Source: Thermofilum pendens Hrk 5
Lineage (GTDB): Archaea > Thermoproteota > Thermoprotei > Thermofilales > Thermofilaceae
Reading direction: 5' to 3'
NCBI RefSeq assembly: GCF_000015225.1
Contig: NC_008698.1
Span: 780,001-812,000 of the forward strand
DNA: 32,000 nt
This document shows, piece after piece, positions 1 to 8,111 of the stretch (position 1 is the stretch's first letter; each line of letters opens with the position of its first letter). The notes beneath the pieces are model-generated. The model was not told the DNA's origin. It did no database searches and worked only from the letters and a program-made list of their open reading frames with translations. Position numbers and translations under genes: made by a program.

Positions 1-422
1 GGGATGCTCCTCACTATGTGCTTTGTCTCGTACATGTCGAGTATGTCGGCAAGCTTTTCGTAGGACAGTTCCACTCCTCCGGCGTCCACGATCTTCACTT
101 GTATCCCGTCGGTGTTGTACGGCGCAACCGAGAAGTGTACCCCGGCCTTTGCTCCGAACCTCTTCACGGCGAAGGCCAGCTCTGGTAGCGTCGCCGCGTG
201 AAAGTCGATCACGGAGTTACCTGTCGACATGAGTCCAGACGTGAAAGCCCTCTTCAGCATCCTGCTGGGAGGGTACAAGTCGCGCGCGGCGACAACGAGC
301 GCTCCTTCACCGAGTATCGTGCCGAGCACTGCTCCCAGCTCAGCCATGTTCTCGGGTGTTAACTGAGTGTTCGCAACTCCGTAGATCCTGTTGTTGTAGA
401 TCGGGAAGGGCCCTCTCTTCAC
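1..422 (-). CDS. phosphohexomutase-family (PGM/PMM/GlmM-like) protein, N-terminal 140 aa only; gene runs off the left edge
   Basis: Not in the ORF track. Reverse-strand translation from GTG at 422 gives MKRGPFPIYNNRIYGVANTQLTPENMAELGAVLGTILGEGALVVAARDLYPPSRMLKRAFTSGLMSTGNSVIDFHAATLPELAFAVKRFGAKAGVHFSVAPYNTDGIQVKIVDAGG..., with no stop up to position 1. The layout matches phosphohexomutase domain I. GTGA overlaps the stop of the upstream gene (419-421), and a GAGGTGAT SD lies 4 nt upstream of the GTG. Confidence 0.6.
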   Translation of the reverse strand, partial: MKRGPFPIYNNRIYGVANTQLTPENMAELGAVLGTILGEGALVVAARDLYPPSRMLKRAFTSGLMSTGNSVIDFHAATLPELAFAVKRFGAKAGVHFSVAPYNTDGIQVKIVDAGGVELSYEKLADILDMYETKHIVRSI

Positions 423-1585
423 GCAACCATCACCTCGATCCCGCCGCCAATCCTTGTCCCCGGACCCACGATGCTTCCCTCTTTAACAACGACCCCCTCT
501 CCTAGCACGCTGTTCTCCCTTACTACAGCGCCCTCGCCTACCTTTATACTTTTTGCTAAAACGCTATATCTTACATGAGCACCTCTTTCCACCGTGTCTT
601 CACCCATAAGCACCGAGTAGCTTACATGAGCCTCCACACCTATATGGGTGTCGCTTCCGATGACAGCGTAGGGACCCACCTCCGCGTTCTGGGAGATCCT
701 CACATTATCCCCGAGGGCGACCGGGGGTATTATCCTGGCTCCCGGCGAGACCTCTACCCCCTCCCCGACATACACACCGTCCACGAACCTACCGTAAGGT
801 CTTAGTGGGCTGGCGTGCCCTGCCAAGAGATCGAAGTTCGCGGTCAGGTAGCTTTCAGGCCTCCCAACGTCTATCCAGTAGGTCTCCTCGGCAAGCCAGC
901 CCTTCACTCTGTAGTTGTTTTCCAGGAGCCATGGGAACACGTTTTTCCCGAAGTCCATGAGGTGGGGGTTCTCCCTGAGCACATCGAGTATGTCGTACCT
1001 AAACGCGTAGAAGCCGGAGTTAGCCAGGTTGGCGAAGAGGTTAACCTTCCTGCTTGTACCCGTAAAGGCGAATGCGAGCGAAGCGACGTACATCTCCTGC
1101 ACGCCGGGCTTTTCGAGGAAATGGAGCACTGCGCCGTTACCGTCTAGGAGCACTGCGCCGAAGTCTCTGAGCGACTGGACCTCTATGAGGGCTATGCTCG
1201 CGATAGAGCCCGAGCTTTCGTGGAAATAGGCGAAGGATCTGAGATCCATGTTTGTTACTACGTCTCCCATAGTTACCAGGAAGTCTTCGTCGATGTAGGA
1301 GGCGCACTTGCGCACAGCGTCAGCCGTATCGGCGGGGTTGAGGGGAGGAGCAACTATCTCTAAGCCTTTATCCATCCAGCGCGCCACTAAATGGTTGACT
1401 ATTTTCTCTCCAAGGTAGTTGACTGCCACTATTACCTTTTCAAACCCATGCCTGTAGAGCAACGAAAGTATGTGGTCTAGTATCGGGACGTTACCCACGG
1501 GGAGAAGCGGTTTCGGAGTGGTGAGAGTTAAAGGTCTAAGCCTAACACCCTTCCCGCCGGCAAGCACAACTGCCGTCTTGATCAT
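419..1585 (-). CDS. sugar-1-phosphate nucleotidyltransferase with C-terminal left-handed beta-helix (acyltransferase-like) domain
   Basis: ORF track 419..1699, trimmed to ATG 1585 so the N-terminus is MIKTAVVLAGGKGVRLRPLTLTTPKPLLPV, the nucleotidyltransferase GxGxRL signature. The C-terminal third is hexapeptide repeats (VGEGVEVSPGARI, IGVEAHV, VGEGAVV, VKEGSIVGPG). A TATA-like box lies 26-33 nt upstream of 1585. Confidence 0.85.
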   Translation of the reverse strand: MIKTAVVLAGGKGVRLRPLTLTTPKPLLPVGNVPILDHILSLLYRHGFEKVIVAVNYLGEKIVNHLVARWMDKGLEIVAPPLNPADTADAVRKCASYIDEDFLVTMGDVVTNMDLRSFAYFHESSGSIASIALIEVQSLRDFGAVLLDGNGAVLHFLEKPGVQEMYVASLAFAFTGTSRKVNLFANLANSGFYAFRYDILDVLRENPHLMDFGKNVFPWLLENNYRVKGWLAEETYWIDVGRPESYLTANFDLLAGHASPLRPYGRFVDGVYVGEGVEVSPGARIIPPVALGDNVRISQNAEVGPYAVIGSDTHIGVEAHVSYSVLMGEDTVERGAHVRYSVLAKSIKVGEGAVVRENSVLGEGVVVKEGSIVGPGTRIGGGIEVMVA

Positions 1586-1610
1586 TCCAAGAGAAAAATG
1601 CTTAACTAGC

Positions 1611-1618
1611 TTTAAAAG
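1611..1618 (-). promoter_or_regulatory. TATA-like box (CTTTTAAA on minus strand) for the nucleotidyltransferase/mutase operon
   Basis: A/T octamer 26-33 nt upstream of ATG 1585. The spacing fits archaeal leaderless or short-leader promoters. Confidence 0.4.
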
Positions 1619-2042
1619 CTTGATGTTGATTGAGGATTTTTCAACAGGAAACATTACTCCATACACGCGGGAGAAGGCTGAAAGCACGAATCTTCCCACG
1701 TTTACAAACCAGAGAAAAAAAGGAGTTTTTGCGTCAGCCCGAGCCCCTTCAGCTCCTCGACGCCCTCTCCAGCTCCTTGTCTTCCTCGACGCGCGGGGTT
1801 GCGCCTCTCACGGAGGCTAGGAACTCCTCTACTGCGTTCAACGCCTCAACGGCGCGCGAACCCCTTGCGAAGGCGGAAGCTGGACAGTACCCCAATGCGC
1901 AGAGCCTCGTAGAGCGCCTCGAAAAGCTGGGGGACGAAAACAACTAAAGAGTAAGACCAGCAGGGGAAAAGCGCCCGGCTCCTTCTCCTGCACAAACAAG
2001 CCCGAAGCACTTAAAACGGGCGCTTCGTCACAAAGCACGCGT

Positions 2043-2561
2043 ATGGAGGATCTAGAGCCTTTAAGCGCGATGGGGCTCTTCGTAGTTACGAGGAGGCTCG
2101 AAGTCTACCAGACGATAATCTTCGACTACTTCGACAGCGAGAGCTACTACTACGGTCTATCGGAAGACATGGAGAAGCTGGAAGCTGAGCTCAGGAAGCT
2201 GGCGGCGTCTATGCAGAGCTTTCTCGACGAAGAGGAGGTCATCCTCAACGGGGCGCGCGTCAGGCCGCGCGTCGTAGGGGTAGACCTAGGCTTTAGATCG
2301 TCTCCCGAGGAACCCTTCATAACCTATTTTATTTACTTTAGGGGGAAGCCGGTCAAAGGGGTAAACTACTACGAGAACATTTACGAGAACACGGTTGCAG
2401 AGTACCCGATAACCGCCTACTGGTTCTTTCCGCCGAGGAGCAGTGTAGGAAAAGTGGAGGCAAGCGGCGAGGTCGAGATTATAGGGTCGAACATCGTTGT
2501 TTTGAGAGTCGACGAGGGCGAGAAGATCTACGGTTACGAGAGAATCGAGTTTACACTTTAA
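2043..2561 (+). CDS. hypothetical protein, family not recognised
   Basis: 172-aa ORF with coding-like composition. CTTAAAAC TATA-like box at 2010-2017, about 29 nt upstream. No signal peptide or TM segment seen. Confidence 0.6.
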   Translation: MEDLEPLSAMGLFVVTRRLEVYQTIIFDYFDSESYYYGLSEDMEKLEAELRKLAASMQSFLDEEEVILNGARVRPRVVGVDLGFRSSPEEPFITYFIYFRGKPVKGVNYYENIYENTVAEYPITAYWFFPPRSSVGKVEASGEVEIIGSNIVVLRVDEGEKIYGYERIEFTL

Positions 2562-2610
2562 CCGAACCGACACCGATATTTAGTGCTCGGAAATTGAGGC
2601 TTAGACGCGT

Positions 2611-3432
2611 ATGGAGGCTTGGCAGGGCTTCGCGATAGGCGTAATCCTAGGCGTGCCCCTCGCGGCCTACGCTAGGAGGAAGAAGTACCTAAGCCGGAGC
2701 GCCGCCGCTGCGAGCGTGATTTTCTCGGGGCTCTACATGGCTGGCGGCATTGGAGTTTTCGCGGCTTCTCTCTTCTTCTTTTTCTCCTCTTCTGCTTTGA
2801 CGAAGCTGGGGTACGACTTGAAGAGGAGGATGAACGTCTCCGAGCCCGAGGAGGGGAGAACGCTGATGCAGGTAGTGGGCGCGGGCGGGGTGGCGGCTCT
2901 CTACTCGTTGCTGAGCGCTCTCTCCCCTCAAAGCGCCCGTGTCCCGCTCCTAGTCGGCGCTTACGCGGCGATAGCGTCTTCGAACGCCGATACGTGGGCC
3001 TCGGAGCTCGGATCCCTGTCCGGGAGAAAGCCGCGCCTGATAACGAACCTTTCCGTGGAGGTGGAGCCGGGGACCTCGGGCGGCGTAACCCTGCTCGGCG
3101 CGCTAGGGTCCCTGGCGGGATCCCTCCTAACGGGCTTAGTGGCGCTTATCGCGAGCTTGCTAGGAGCGTCCCCGCCGCTCGGCGTAGCCACCATCGCGGT
3201 TGTAGTAGTAGCGGGGTGGCTGGGAGAAGTCCTCGACAGCGTTGTGGGGGCGACGCTTCAGGTAAAGTACTACTGTCCGAGGTGCGGGGTACTAACGGAC
3301 AAGAAGGTTCACTCTTGCGGAGCGACGACGGTGAAGTACTCCGGCTCGAGTTGGGTTACAAACGAGGTGACGAACATAATTGCAACCCTCCTTTCGAGCA
3401 CTTTCTCCTGCGTCGTTGCGGCACATCTGTAA
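2611..3432 (+). CDS. DUF92/TMEM19-like integral membrane protein with a Cys/His zinc-knuckle insert
   Basis: 273-aa ORF, hydrophobic along most of its length. The SSNADTWASELG motif resembles the conserved DUF92 motif (from memory). CPRCG...HSCG lies near the C-terminus. Confidence 0.65.
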   Translation: MEAWQGFAIGVILGVPLAAYARRKKYLSRSAAAASVIFSGLYMAGGIGVFAASLFFFFSSSALTKLGYDLKRRMNVSEPEEGRTLMQVVGAGGVAALYSLLSALSPQSARVPLLVGAYAAIASSNADTWASELGSLSGRKPRLITNLSVEVEPGTSGGVTLLGALGSLAGSLLTGLVALIASLLGASPPLGVATIAVVVVAGWLGEVLDSVVGATLQVKYYCPRCGVLTDKKVHSCGATTVKYSGSSWVTNEVTNIIATLLSSTFSCVVAAHL

Positions 3433-3523
3433 CGGCCTTCCTAACGAGGAGCATGCACGCGCGCCGCGCGCACCATCGAAAGGCATATGATGCGGACGCT
3501 CGAAGAGTATCGTGGAAGGGAGG

Positions 3524-4756
3524 ATGAAGGGTAGGGTCGGCGTCTTCATCGCGTTTAGTGTCTTCCTGCTTCTATGCGCAGTGGCTTACGCTCAGCCGAG
3601 GGTCGTGGTTGTAGACTTGGAGGGCCGTATCGACGAGGGTGCGTACTATACCGTTAAGAGGGGTCTAGAGGAAGCCGACAAGGGCGTGGTGGTCGTGGTT
3701 ATCCGTAGTTACGGCGGCTACCTGAAATCCATGGACAAGATAGTCGAGCTACTCGTATCCTCCGAGGCGAGGACTATCGCGTGGGTCCCCCCGGGGGAGA
3801 GGACCGTGTCGGCGGCAGCCGTGATCGCTCTTTCAGCCCAGAGGCTCTACATGGGTAAAGGCGCTGTTATCGGGTCGATCAAGCCGTACCCTGACGACCC
3901 TAAGACTGTGGAGTACGTTGTAGCCAGGGTAGCCGCTTTACTCTCGAAGAAGGGGGTTAACGACTCCAGGGGTCTTGCCAGGAGGCTCGTGGTCGACGCG
4001 CAGAGCTTTACGAGCGACGAGGCAGTTGCAACCGGCATAGCGGATGGAACGGCGGACAGCCTCGCGGAGTTACTGCAGAAAGAGGGTCTAAGCTTTGCCA
4101 GCGTCCACTACGTATCCGGCGACTTAGTCAGCGACTTACTCTCGGTGCTGCTGGACCCAGCCCTAGCGGTGTTGCTGGCACTCCTGGGGGCCATGCTCCT
4201 GCTCTTAGAGTTCAAGGTTACGGGATTCCAGGGATGGGGGGTGATAGGGGCAGCCCTCATAGTGATCTCCCTGTACTCCTTCGATGTTATAGGCGTAAGC
4301 CTTAGCACGTTCATACTGGCGTTGCTAGGCATAACCCTGATAATAGTCGAGCTCGCCAAGCCAGGGGTTCAGGTCGCCGGCATTGCAGGCGTAGCCTTAA
4401 TAGCCCTCGCTGTGATACTCGAGTATGCTTCGCGCCCCTACCCTGTTTTCACTCCCAACGTCCTGGTAGTAGCGGTTCCCCTGGCGATCCTAGTCCTCCT
4501 GCTTGCCGTGGTAATTTCGAAGGCACTGGAGACTGTAAGGATGAAGGCTCCGAGCCTTCAGGAAAGGCTTATCGGGAAAATAGGCGTCGCCAAGACGCGG
4601 ATAGAGCCCGGGAAGAGGGGCGTAGTTTACGTCGACGGGGAGGACTGGACCGCTACTTCTGAGTACGTAGTGGAGGAAGGAGAGAGCGTAGAGGTTGTCG
4701 CTTTGGATGGGTTGTTCCTAAAGGTGAAACCGGTACGGCGGGAGCACTCGCAGTGA
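3524..4756 (+). CDS. NfeD-family membrane-bound (ClpP-class) serine protease with C-terminal OB-fold NfeD domain
   Basis: ORF track 3512..4756. ATG 3524 is preferred because GGAAGGGAGG lies directly upstream and the product starts with a signal-like MKGRVGVFIAFSVFLLLCAVAYA. The architecture is an N-terminal ClpP-like domain (IRSYGGY...TVSAAAVIAL), a central multi-TM block, and a C-terminal GVVYVDGEDWTATS...VEVVALDGLFLKVKP NfeD beta-barrel. Confidence 0.85.
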   Translation: MKGRVGVFIAFSVFLLLCAVAYAQPRVVVVDLEGRIDEGAYYTVKRGLEEADKGVVVVVIRSYGGYLKSMDKIVELLVSSEARTIAWVPPGERTVSAAAVIALSAQRLYMGKGAVIGSIKPYPDDPKTVEYVVARVAALLSKKGVNDSRGLARRLVVDAQSFTSDEAVATGIADGTADSLAELLQKEGLSFASVHYVSGDLVSDLLSVLLDPALAVLLALLGAMLLLLEFKVTGFQGWGVIGAALIVISLYSFDVIGVSLSTFILALLGITLIIVELAKPGVQVAGIAGVALIALAVILEYASRPYPVFTPNVLVVAVPLAILVLLLAVVISKALETVRMKAPSLQERLIGKIGVAKTRIEPGKRGVVYVDGEDWTATSEYVVEEGESVEVVALDGLFLKVKPVRREHSQ

Positions 4757-4763
4757 TACTCAC

Positions 4764-5621
4764 CTAAAGCAGTAGCTCCTCCATCTCGACGGCCTCCTCT
4801 AGGACCCTTTTAAGCACCCTTTTCAGCTTCACCTTGTTTGACGGAAGCTTGAGCTCCTTTGCGAGGTAGTACTCGAAAAACCCCCTAAGCATGTCCAGGC
4901 TCTTGCTGCTCACGTAGACTTCTTCGCTCAGATCCACGAACGGCTTGAGGTGTGTCCGCAGGAAGGAGACGAACCTTCTTGGGCTTCTCTCCATCCTTTT
5001 AACCTCCTCCTCCGAGAGGTGGACCACCTTCTCGGCGGAAAAGTAAGCCTTTACGGGAATAATGACGTCCGTGATGTCGACATCCCACCCCTCCAGCTTC
5101 GAAAAGAAGCTGTCGAACTCCTCCACCGTTCTCGGGTACCTCTCGAAGTCGCTTCCTCCGTACGACATCCAAGTCTCCTCGATCATTTCATCGATCTCGG
5201 AGGCCAAGTCGTCGTCGCTGGGCAAGCGGTGCGCCGTGTGCTCTACCCCCTCCTTCCGTGCTCTTTCTATTGTCTCGTCGAGCAGTTTTCTCAACTCGTC
5301 CAGCACCCTGGGGTCCTTTCTCTTAAAAAGCCTGCGGTAGTTCCTCCTAAGCCACTCGTAGAACTCGAGGGGGTACGAGGGCTCCTCGTCTATAAGCGAA
5401 TGCCACACGAGCTCCTCGCCGTAAAAGATCACCCTGTAGCCGTCGTTTTTCTCACACCTCGCCGTAATGCTTGGGTCTATGCCCCACTCGATATAGCTAA
5501 CGATCTCGTCCAGCGTAGCTCTCCCGGAGAAAAAGTCCTCGATGCTCCTCCTCGAGACACTCTTCCTGAGATACGCGGGGTCTATAAGAATCCTGTAGCC
5601 GCGTGCCCCCTCCCTCCTCAC
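4764..5621 (-). CDS. hypothetical soluble, highly charged protein, family not recognised
   Basis: 285-aa ORF (GTG start) with E/K/L/R-rich composition typical of real thermophile proteins. The overlapping plus-strand 235-aa ORF is L/V/P-rich antisense-type sequence. No motif recognised. Confidence 0.7.
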   Translation of the reverse strand: MRREGARGYRILIDPAYLRKSVSRRSIEDFFSGRATLDEIVSYIEWGIDPSITARCEKNDGYRVIFYGEELVWHSLIDEEPSYPLEFYEWLRRNYRRLFKRKDPRVLDELRKLLDETIERARKEGVEHTAHRLPSDDDLASEIDEMIEETWMSYGGSDFERYPRTVEEFDSFFSKLEGWDVDITDVIIPVKAYFSAEKVVHLSEEEVKRMERSPRRFVSFLRTHLKPFVDLSEEVYVSSKSLDMLRGFFEYYLAKELKLPSNKVKLKRVLKRVLEEAVEMEELLL

Positions 5622-5724
5622 TCTGAACCCCTTGAAGCTGGGAGGCTTATTTCCTAGGAAGAATATATTCTTTAAGAGCGCTAAAAGTATTTATCTAGAA
5701 TCTCGGAAGTACTACTGATACGGC

Positions 5725-6594
5725 ATGGACGTAGCTTCCCTGATAATCCTCTTCGTTGTACTCCTAATACTCGCCTGGATAATCGCAAGCTACATCCGAA
5801 TAGTACCGGAATACCAGAGGCTCGTCGTTCTACGGCTCGGCCGAGTAGTAAGGATTGCGGGACCAGGCCTCGTAGTACTAGTACCTTTCATAGAGCAGGG
5901 CATAGTAGTAGACCTCAGGGAGCAGTACATAGAGGTAACGAAGCAGACGTGCATTACAAGGGACAACGCCCCGGTCGACATAGACTTCCTGATATACTTT
6001 AAGGTCGTCGACCCCAAGAAGAGCGTAGTAGAGGTGCAAGACTTCCGAGGCGCAGCTGTAGGCATCGCGACGACTACCTTGAGGGCGGTGGTCGGAGACA
6101 TAGAGCTCGACCAGGTCTTAGCGAAGCGCGAGTACATAAACGAGGTTCTCAGGGAAAAGCTAGACGAAGTCACCGCTAGGTGGGGCGTAAAGGTCACGGC
6201 CGTGGAGATACGGGAAATACTACCTCCCAAGGAGGTCCAGGACGCCATGATCAAACAGATGAGCGCCGAGAGGAACCGTAGGGCGATGGTGACGGAGGCT
6301 GAGGGTAAAAGGGAGGCGGCCGTGAAGGTAGCCCAAGGAGAGAAGGAAGCGATGATACTCAGGGCTGAAGGGGAGAAGCAAGCGGCAATACTCAAGGCTG
6401 AGGGGCAGGCTCTCGCGTTGAAGTACCTCGACGACCAGGCGAAGGTTATAGACTCGAAGACTCTCCTGTTGCAGTACTTCTCGACGCTAAGAGAGGTGGC
6501 CTCCTCCCCTGCAACGAAGATCGTGCTACCCATGGAGCTCTTCAAGTTCCTTAAACCGTTCGAAGAATACCTCGAAAAATCGTCCCAAGCGTAG
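5725..6594 (+). CDS. SPFH/band-7 stomatin-like protein
   Basis: N-terminal TM segment, then an SPFH core (IVPEYQRLVVLRLGRV...GPGLVVLVPFIE...RDNAPVDIDFLIYFKV) and an Ala/Glu-rich coiled-coil tail (EAEGKREAAVKVAQGEKEAMILRAEGEKQAAILKAEG). TATA-like box about 33 nt upstream. Confidence 0.92.
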   Translation: MDVASLIILFVVLLILAWIIASYIRIVPEYQRLVVLRLGRVVRIAGPGLVVLVPFIEQGIVVDLREQYIEVTKQTCITRDNAPVDIDFLIYFKVVDPKKSVVEVQDFRGAAVGIATTTLRAVVGDIELDQVLAKREYINEVLREKLDEVTARWGVKVTAVEIREILPPKEVQDAMIKQMSAERNRRAMVTEAEGKREAAVKVAQGEKEAMILRAEGEKQAAILKAEGQALALKYLDDQAKVIDSKTLLLQYFSTLREVASSPATKIVLPMELFKFLKPFEEYLEKSSQA

Positions 6595-6608
6595 ATCTAA
6601 GAAAGAAA

Positions 6609-7292
6609 CTATTCTTTTTCTACACTCCCGGAGATGTTACCACGGACCTCCCCGCCTCTCCTTAGAACTACCTTCTTAGCATTCACGTCGCCCTCTATCA
6701 CCACGCCCTCTACATCGACGATGTTTTCCGCCTCTATCCTTGAAACTCTGAAAACGGGTATTTTCTTCCCGAAGAGCTTCGAAACGAAGGTTCCGGAGAG
6801 CAAGCCCCACTTTTCGCTCTTCACGGTGACGTCCGTGGCTTTCACCAGTCCGGCTTCCGAGTCGTCCGATAACCTGAACTCGGCCCACCCTGCCTCTACA
6901 TCTCCAACTCTGAAGCTTCCGCTTAGGCGTAGATCCCGGGCTTTAACCCTGCCAGCCCTAAGTGAGCCCGCCACTTTGAGCTCCTCCGAGCTAAGCTCGC
7001 CTTCAACGATCGTTGCCCCGGAGAATCTCGCCGACTCCGCCTTCACGCTCCCAGAGAACCTGCACGAACCAGCGCACCTTACCTTCTCTGCGGACACGTC
7101 GCCCTCGAACCTAGCAGAGCCGGATACCGATACGCTTTCCGCTTCGAGGTCTCCGTCAACGACGCCCGAGCCCGCTATGGTGACTTTCTCGTAGACTCCC
7201 CCGCTCACCACCCCGCTTCCCGCTATAGTGACCCTTCCACCAACACCTCTCTTTCTAAGCGCCCTCTCATACCTGTCCAGCAGGTCCGACAA
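6609..7292 (-). CDS. beta-helical repeat protein, bactofilin / polymer-forming-cytoskeletal-like (or DUF4097-like)
   Basis: 227-aa ORF built from repeated G-S-x-x-x-x-G-D/S-V units (TIAGSGVVSGGVYEKVTIAGSGVVDGDLEAESVSVSGSARFEGDVSAEKVRCAGSCRFSGSVKAES...). The only start at the ORF head is TTG (7292), 1 nt after the upstream stop. A GTG 16 codons in is an alternative. Confidence 0.7.
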   Translation of the reverse strand: MSDLLDRYERALRKRGVGGRVTIAGSGVVSGGVYEKVTIAGSGVVDGDLEAESVSVSGSARFEGDVSAEKVRCAGSCRFSGSVKAESARFSGATIVEGELSSEELKVAGSLRAGRVKARDLRLSGSFRVGDVEAGWAEFRLSDDSEAGLVKATDVTVKSEKWGLLSGTFVSKLFGKKIPVFRVSRIEAENIVDVEGVVIEGDVNAKKVVLRRGGEVRGNISGSVEKE

Positions 7293-7293
7293 C

Positions 7294-7431
7294 TTACTTC
7301 ACCCCAGCCTCTTCGAGTATCTGCTTGATGTCGGAAAGTACGTCCTTTATCTCCCTGAGGCGCTTACGTATCAGCTCCTCGACCTCCTCGTCGGAGAGGT
7401 CGACGTACTTAGGCTTCTCTTTCTCGCTCAC
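7294..7431 (-). CDS. 45-aa charged coiled-coil micro-protein
   Basis: Not in the ORF track (below cutoff). GTG 7431 shares GTGA with the stop of the upstream membrane-protein gene (7428-7430), and GGAGGG lies 6 nt upstream. Product: MSEKEKPKYVDLSDEEVEELIRKRLREIKDVLSDIKQILEEAGVK. The stop TAA (7294-7296) abuts the bactofilin-like start. Confidence 0.5.
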   Translation of the reverse strand: MSEKEKPKYVDLSDEEVEELIRKRLREIKDVLSDIKQILEEAGVK

Positions 7432-7790
7432 ACCCCCATCCCTCCCTTCAACAGGTCCCTTATCTCCTCGAGAAGCTTCTTTATCTCGTCGAGCTCCTCT
7501 AGCATAGCCCTCTGGCGCGCACGGTAAACCTCGAGCCTTTTCTCGAGCTCCCTTCTCTCCCGGGGGTCTTCTTTCCCGACGAAGGGCTCTGCGAGGTTAA
7601 AGACAAGAGAGAAGAAGGCTATGACTCCGCCTACAACGAGGCTGGCGATAAGCCCTACAGCCGCGAAGACTGGGTCGATGGATTTACTGGTAACGCCTTG
7701 TACTAGTTGGAGCGGGACGTAGACTAGCAACAAGGCGGAGACGACGACCCCGAGTAAGGGTACAGGGTTAGGGATTTTCAAGCTTCTCAC
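7428..7790 (-). CDS. small membrane protein: two TM helices plus a C-terminal charged coiled coil
   Basis: 120-aa ORF. PLLGVVVSALLLVYVPL and AAVGLIASLVVGGVIAFFSLVF are hydrophobic. The C-terminus is EDPRERRELEKRLEVYRARQRAMLEELDEIKKLLEEIRDLLKGG. The GTG start overlaps the end of the wHTH gene by 23 nt. Confidence 0.65.
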   Translation of the reverse strand: MRSLKIPNPVPLLGVVVSALLLVYVPLQLVQGVTSKSIDPVFAAVGLIASLVVGGVIAFFSLVFNLAEPFVGKEDPRERRELEKRLEVYRARQRAMLEELDEIKKLLEEIRDLLKGGMGV

Positions 7791-8073
7791 CCATCTTCCT
7801 CAAAACCTCCGGGGAAATCTTCACCTCGAAGTCGCGTAACCTGTAGATCCTCTTCGTTCTTGGCCCTTCGACGTAGTACGATTCCACGAGCCCCGCTTTC
7901 TCCAGAATCGATAGGTGTAGGTACGTTAAGGGGTACGACAGGTTAAGCATCTTCGAGAGCTCGTAGGCATAGCGCGGCCTGACGGCGATCAGGGACAACA
8001 TCTTCAGTCTTATCGGGTTGGCCAACACTTGCAACACCTCCGAGAGCTCTTCGATTCCAGCGGTATCTCCCAT
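7768..8073 (-). CDS. ArsR/SmtB-like winged-helix transcriptional regulator
   Basis: 101 aa. LANPIRLKMLSLIAVRPRYAYELSKMLNLSYPLTYLHLSILEKAGLVESYYVEG is a typical ArsR-type HTH plus wing. No metal-binding Cys motif is visible. Confidence 0.8.
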   Translation of the reverse strand: MGDTAGIEELSEVLQVLANPIRLKMLSLIAVRPRYAYELSKMLNLSYPLTYLHLSILEKAGLVESYYVEGPRTKRIYRLRDFEVKISPEVLRKMGEKLENP

Positions 8074-8103
8074 CTGGTCATCGAGTACTAAATTCAGATG
8101 TAA

Positions 8104-8111
8104 TATATAAA
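8104..8111 (-). promoter_or_regulatory. TATA box (TTTATATA on minus strand) for the wHTH operon
   Basis: Lies in the 109-bp A/T-rich gap 8074-8182, 31-38 nt upstream of ATG 8073. Confidence 0.45.

Noticed and set aside
23-232. 69-aa plus-strand ORF
   Set aside because: It is Arg/Ser-rich and antisense to the phosphohexomutase-like reading frame, which stays open across 1-422.
3455-3473. Alternating CG tract (CGCGCGC twice) between the DUF92 and nfeD genes
   Set aside because: It is a short self-complementary GC run. It could be a weak hairpin or Z-DNA-prone tract, but there is no flanking signal such as a T-run or box to assign a function.
3480-3500. ATGATGC, and other TGATG-containing strings (21513, 28766), as C-box candidates for C/D-box sRNAs
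   Set aside because: No correctly spaced CUGA D box or terminal stem was found, and two of the three sites lie inside well-supported coding sequence.
4950-5657. 235-aa plus-strand ORF
   Set aside because: It is antisense to the better-composed 285-aa minus-strand ORF. Its L/V/P/R-rich composition has no motif.
5790-6545. 251-aa minus-strand ORF
   Set aside because: It lies entirely antisense to the clearly recognisable stomatin gene. It is a Ser/Thr/Ala-rich mirror frame.
6634-7194. 186-aa plus-strand ORF
   Set aside because: It is antisense to the beta-helical repeat gene. The Ser/Thr/Pro-rich composition is an artefact of the repeat.
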